Notes under the pieces: model-generated
Database searches by the model: none
Seen by the model: the letters and a program-made list of their open reading frames with translations, nothing else
Told to the model about the DNA's origin: nothing
Program-made: the position numbers and the translations under genes
From: Oikopleura dioica
Taxonomy: Eukaryota; Animalia; Chordata
DNA: 64,000 bases
Assembly: GCA_907165135.1 (NCBI GenBank)
Contig: OU015566.1
Location: 6,138,001-6,202,000, forward strand
Direction of reading: 5' to 3'
Shown here: positions 58,950 through 64,000 of the stretch, piece by piece
Layout of the letters: every line of letters starts with the position of its first letter
Position numbering within the stretch: position 1 is the first letter of the stretch

Positions 58950-59638
58950 GGGGTCCCCTCCCGGAATTTCAACTCTTCAGGACGGGTTCCTTTTTGGCAT
59001 ATTTAGATTCCTCATGTTTCGAGGATCATTTTCATGTATTATAGTCCCCCCTAAGAAACATCCAAACCCGAAATTTTCGTCTTCGAAAATCGCAAAAATG
59101 CATGTAAATTGTACTTAGCGTGAAATTCGTACTTTTTTTCGGATTTTCAATGTCATCAAAAGTAGACAAATAAGGGGTCAATGGAAAGCTAAGAATGAGC
59201 TGATTAAAAATTTAGTGACCGCACAAAAATTTTTGGCCATAATTCTGCGCTAGAGAGCAATTTTATGCCAAAATTAGGGTAAATATCGGTTCCTTAAGTT
59301 CTTCTTAAGAATTTTTTTTTCTTTCTTGGTGAATTGTGCTAAAGCTGCGCTAGAATTGAGGTAAGGGTCTAATTTGTCTATAAAAGAAGTTTTCAGAGAC
59401 TGTTGAAAGCTCAAAAAAAAGTTATTTCCACGCGAATACCCCCCTAAAACACGGTTTTTCAAGAATTCGTTTTTTTCAAAGGAAAATTTGAGGATGTTTC
59501 ACTATTTCAAAAAAGCTAAAGCTGCGCTAGAATTGCAATGAAGGGATAAACTTTCAAATGAGAGTCAAATTTTAAAAATCCATAAGGGAAAACGAAAGTT
59601 ATTTCCAAGTAAAGTTGGTCATTCCGGGGGGGGATCCC
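58950..59638. mobile_element. TTAA-flanked MITE (689 bp)
   Basis: ttaa|ggggtcccctcccggaat ... attccggggggggatccc|ttaa (18-bp TIR, 2 mismatches). Confidence 0.8.
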
Positions 59639-59835
59639 TTAATGTCAATTGCTTCGCTCTGCTTCTTTTCGAAAAACGTTGTACACGTCGGAAAAACTAT
59701 TTTTTATGTCCCTTTGCTTATCCTGCCAGCAAAATAACAGAGCAGAGTCAATTTTCCTCGAATTTTTTATTTCTTTCAAGGGAGAACCGGCTAATCATAA
59801 TGATAAGATATTTTTTTTCTTCTACTCTTCTTTTT

Positions 59836-61483
59836 TTACTCCCACTTAAGTCGATGAACGTTGTTCTTTCGCTTGAGATATTTATTGCTTCTGCTGGCAG
59901 AGTATCGGCAAACAACTAGAATGAAATCATAACTGTTACTCTAACTATTTCTTGATTACCGTAGACTGCTTTCTTATCAGCCGTGAGAGCAATCCCTACA
60001 CCAAGGCACTTCGCGGCTTGCCAAACCACCTGGATAAAAGGCCTGACGTCCAATCCATTTTTATTTCGCTTGAATTCCGTAACGTAGTTGTAGTTTTGTT
60101 CGCCCTTGTACCACTTCTCGACGGCATATCTTCCGAATTCCTCGAAATCTTCTTTGTTCGTAGCGGAGACCTCACCCGATATAATGATTTTGGAGATGTT
60201 TTGCCCACAAGCTCTATGAAAAAAAAATAAGAAAATAAGAAAGATTGAGATACTGATTCGGCTGATAAGTCCAAGGTGTATCAGGATTTGCTGCGAGCTG
60301 TTCGGCCCATGCTTGTGCCAGTTTTGAGGACTCGGGGCCAAGCTTAATTTGAAAGTTATTTTTAAGGAGGTAGTCCCTGCTTTGGAGAAAATCAGAATTT
60401 TGAAATTTTTTTTCCAGATTCTAAAAGCTCGTTAGAAAAGCTACAAATTTTGTATTGATCATTTGTTCCGAATGGAAGAGGAAAATCCCCAAAATCGGCC
60501 TTAAAAATTGAGATTTTGATGAAAAATTTCAAAAATTTGAAAATTTTTGACTATTTCATCCAAAGTTGAAGCGTTGTTTTGATGATTCTTGGTCTGTAGA
60601 TTATTCAAATAATAAATACATGGTCTTATATATAGGCTACATAAGATTAATCTTCTTCCAAAAACTCATTTTTTCAAGTTTTTCAGACCCAAGTTTTGAT
60701 CGATGGTATTACATAATGACTTTTTTGAGTTTCTTAATTTCGTTGTGTGGCAACTTAAGACGAGGAAATGAACTTCTTAAGAATATTTTTGGTTTTAATT
60801 TATTTTTAAATTTTAAGGGCTCTATGTGTGTTTGAAAATAGGCAAAAATGGCGATTTTGCTCGGGCTAGGTTAGAATATAGCACCCTAGCCCCTCGAGCA
60901 GCCGAAAAAAATATTTTTTGGGAAATGGCAACTTTAGAACAGCGTTCGACCTTTCTAACGATATAGTTTTCATCCTTCAACTTAAGCCCAAATTTGTGTG
61001 AGCGCTGTTCAAAAAATGTCAAGATCGCAAAAAGCAGGGACTACCTCCTTAAGGGCATCCACTTCAAAATCTGAAGAGTGAGATTTAAAAATTATCACCT
61101 CGTACTTTAGCTTTTCATGTCGATTTATTTTTAAGGGAGTAGCCAAGGCGGTCAAAAATTTTGTAAATTAAGGGTGTCTTGAAGATATCCGTGTCTGAAT
61201 ACTCGATTGATACTTACATATAAATCTTTGGTGAATCTGTGTTGGCGACGTTTTCCATTATGTTTAGCCAAGCAAGCTCGTCGTCCGGCTTCCAGAGCTT
61301 CTTCATCCATCTTCAGTAGGTTAATCACGTCCTCGACGTTCAATGTGGTGTCGACATTTGTATCCGCTTTTGTTGGCACAGTTTGTCCCCCAAAGGTGGC
61401 ACTAAAAATTTGGTTGATGTATTTTGATGTTTTTATTACCTTGTGGTGGTTTCATTCAGTTGCAAGCCAAGGAAATCGACCAT
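59836..61483 (-). CDS. CAP/SCP (GAPR-1-like) protein, apparently intact; MITE in an intron
   Basis: MVDFLG...ACLAKHNGKRRQH | LGPESSKLAQAWAEQLA | ACGQNI...AVEKWYKGEQNYNY...PFIQVVWQAAKCLGVGIA | VVCRYS; start inferred from the similar MVRFL start of the 44.7 kb paralog. Confidence 0.75.
60366..61048. mobile_element. TTAA-flanked MITE (683 bp) within a CAP-gene intron
   Basis: ttaa|ggaggtagtccctgcttt ... aaagcagggactacctcc|ttaa (perfect 18-bp TIR). Confidence 0.9.
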
Positions 61484-62654
61484 TGCAGAAAGCTCGTCAT
61501 CAGAATCGTTTCCGTCCACGACAGTTGGGTCTTCGGGGACGGTGCTTGAATCAATTTAAACTTCTGAAAAAAAAAGAATCGTGTCTTACTTTTCAGCTTC
61601 AGAAATCGTCATTTTCAAAAGCAAAAATCGAAGTTTTCACTCTTTTTGATGATTGAATTGAATAAAAATCGGACCGCTATTTGTTATATACCTTTGAACC
61701 GGAAGGGACCCAGATAAAATTGTTTTAAATAAAAATAGACAAAATAATAGGCCTTGGTATATCTTTCCGGGCAGACAGGAAAAATGCGACTCGAGGAATG
61801 CTCTGAGCTAAGCGAAAACGGAAAAAGATGAAAAAGAACTGTAGTTTGGAAGTATACAACTTCGCTAACCGAACCTGAAAATGAGTTCAAATCGAAATTT
61901 CAAATTTTGATATCAGTGGAAACTCGGCAGCTTATTTTTTCTTTCGTAAGGAACCTTGTTAATCTTGCCAAGAGTAGATCAATTGGAACCTTCAGTGTCA
62001 TATAAGGGTTGGGATTTCAAGAAGTCCGGCTTCCGCTGGACTGTCTTTTCACAATTTTTAGCATAGTCAATGCCTTATTTTTTCTCCTCAAAATTATTTT
62101 CTGGCTATTATCTACTTCTTTTGGTCGCCAAAAATTTAGATTTCCTCTGATGTTGAGGTCCCACAATGCAAATCTGGCACCTGCGATTGTTGTCAAAATG
62201 AACATTTTAGGAAAGTAAGTGATGAGGATTGATGATGAATCAAAAACTAAAAAATTGCAAAAGGGCGCTCCGATAGAACTGGGCCGCCCGTCACCCTGTA
62301 AGGAGGTCATTATGTAAAATTTCGAAAAATAGCTGCAGCAAATAACGATTCTTGATATCGTCAAGTGTCGATGAGACTCAAGTCTTCAGGATAAATAAAT
62401 CGTGGCGATAATTCGCTTTTATAAAAGCACAGATCTATCAAAAATTTCTCATGTTATAGCTCTGTGAGGGAATCTTTCGCGCCATCATTATAACGATCAT
62501 CAGATCATTAAAAATCCCTTTATATGGACTAGTTTCGGCCTATAAAGTTCTGTGGCCTCCCTCTATGCTATGGGTTTTTTGGAAAATATTATCCTAAGCT
62601 TACCTTTAAAGTGGAATAACTCCACCATCACTGATCGAGACGCCATTATTGACA

Positions 62655-62830
62655 ACTGAGAAGCCGGGACTGAGGTCTAAGAAGCTAGGATTGAAGTGAC
62701 GCTAGGATAAGCGTAATGAAGCCGGAATCGACGCTGGAGATGCCAGGATTGAGGTTTGAGCCAACAGGATTGACGTCTGAAACACTAGGATCGAAGTTAT
62801 TGAAGCCGGGATCGACTGTGGAGAAACCAA
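62655..62830 (-). repeat. Degenerate ~21-bp tandem repeat (heptapeptide-like on the minus strand)
   Basis: Recurring gaagccggga/ctaggattga units; minus frame reads GFSTVDPGFNNFDPSVSDVNPVGSNLNPGISSVDSG before shifting. Confidence 0.5.
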
Positions 62831-62912
62831 TAAAATACTGTCAGTCTTAGGGTCAATCAATTAAAATTAATTCACATCCCCAAGTTGGGGAAACGGCGAC
62901 TTGGGCGAGCGT

Positions 62913-63190
62913 CGGGGACTCGCAGTACCAAAAAGCTTTGGTACTGGCAGTACCAATTTTGGTACTGGGAGTACCAATTCCGGCTTTTCGGGTGATATTT
63001 TAACGAAATATTTCAGTCGGAACAATAGTAGGCGGGTGAATAGAAGTGCAGCCTGTCCGAATCAGTAAGTTTTTTACTACAGAACCCGCGGAGCGGGCGT
63101 TCCTGGCTGACTAGAATTTTGCCTTGCCAAAATTGATACTGGGAGTACCAAATTGATACTGGCAGTACCAATTGGTACTGGGAGTCCCTG
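62913..63190. mobile_element. MITE-like element with palindromic ttggtactg(g/c)cagtaccaa subrepeats
   Basis: TIR-like c(g/a)gggactc(g/c)cagtaccaa at both ends; no TSD found; flanked by aaacggc(g/a)acttgggc repeats. Confidence 0.6.
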
Positions 63191-63267
63191 GTAGCCACTT
63201 GGGCAAACGGCAACTTGGGCAAACGGAGACCACTCAATTTATTCCGATGAAAGAAGACTCATATGCG

Positions 63268-63578
63268 TAGGCCTCGGACGTAAAAAAGACGATTTTTTCC
63301 ATCCGGTTATCGTACAGGGACGCGAGTAGGCTCATTCAAAAGCTCTTAGAAAGAGCCAATAAAAAAACTGGGACCTCCCTCCCTGTTTCGAGTAATTTTG
63401 AAAAATATTTTTCCAAGCTTACCTTCAAACTCAAATAACTCGGAGCAGGGAAAGAAGGGTCCAATTTTTTATTGTTTCAAGAGAAAGCCCTTTAGCCCCT
63501 TTAGAGCTTTAAAATGAGCCTACTCTCGCCTCTGTACGATGACCGGATGATGCTGTCGGTTTTTTCGTCCGAAGCCTA
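63268..63578. mobile_element. hAT MITE
   Basis: ~70-bp imperfect TIRs starting taggc; exact 8-bp TSD catatgcg at 63260-63267 and 63579-63586. Confidence 0.85.
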
Positions 63579-64000
63579 CATATGCGGCCCGCATAATGCG
63601 GGCTAATGAACATTCCTCGGCAAATGACTGTTTTTTTCGGGCGAAAGCTTGTTTTAGTCCGTACATGTAATCAAACGGTGACGCAAAGGTAACAAAGGTA
63701 ACTCAAACTACCGTTTTTATCAAAACCAATGAATAATTTTCGCATTTTCACGAGCATCTCTTTGCGGCTTATTTCCGGTCTACGCGCGAAAATATACGAA
63801 AAGCCACCATCGAGTCTATTTTCATTGAAAACACTTTTATCTGGGTGGCTTCCTGTTCAGAAGGTATATAATCTTCGTATACACACTCCATATTTTCAAA
63901 AATAATCCGAGAAAACCGACCCTTTTTAGGCCGATTTTTTGAGAAAAATGACTGACGCGGAGACAAAGTAAGCCAGAAAATTTCCGAAAAAAAAATAAGC

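Noticed and set aside
1-64000. tRNA, rRNA, snRNA or spliced-leader RNA genes
   Set aside because: None recognised by eye; tRNAscan-SE or Infernal would be needed to exclude them.

Overview
Compact, AT-rich animal genomic DNA. Introns are mostly ~36-65 nt and include GC-AG and GA-AG types, AG acceptors often sit right before ATGs, and MITEs are dense. This fits an appendicularian tunicate such as Oikopleura (inference, no search run). Recognisable genes: a Zic-family transcription factor, a multi-C2H2 protein, a divergent HSF-domain gene, a CAAX-ending Ras-like GTPase, mrpl55, a RING protein, a pseudokinase, a CUB-EGF-GPS-PLAT polycystin-1-like gene, a secreted PLA2-like gene, a WxxW/CysD-repeat secreted gene, a calmodulin-like gene, two CAP-domain genes and two decaying Cys-rich/Kelch-like paralogs. 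Most striking: (1) three tandem genes at 11.7-19.0 kb encoding proteins with several histone H3 tail copies but no histone fold, plus an unknown repeated domain and either a SUMO-site array or a zinc finger; (2) a glycosyltransferase resembling plant KOBITO1, notable if the host is a cellulose-making tunicate; (3) an array at 45.6-52.3 kb where a small intron-containing gene family repeatedly lies antisense just upstream of PPT+LTR-like ends; (4) hAT-type MITEs inserted in coding exons, with in-frame splice-out routes. No rRNA, tRNA, CRISPR array or autonomous transposase/RT was recognised. Exon boundaries were inferred by eye, and several single-base frameshifts may be assembly errors.
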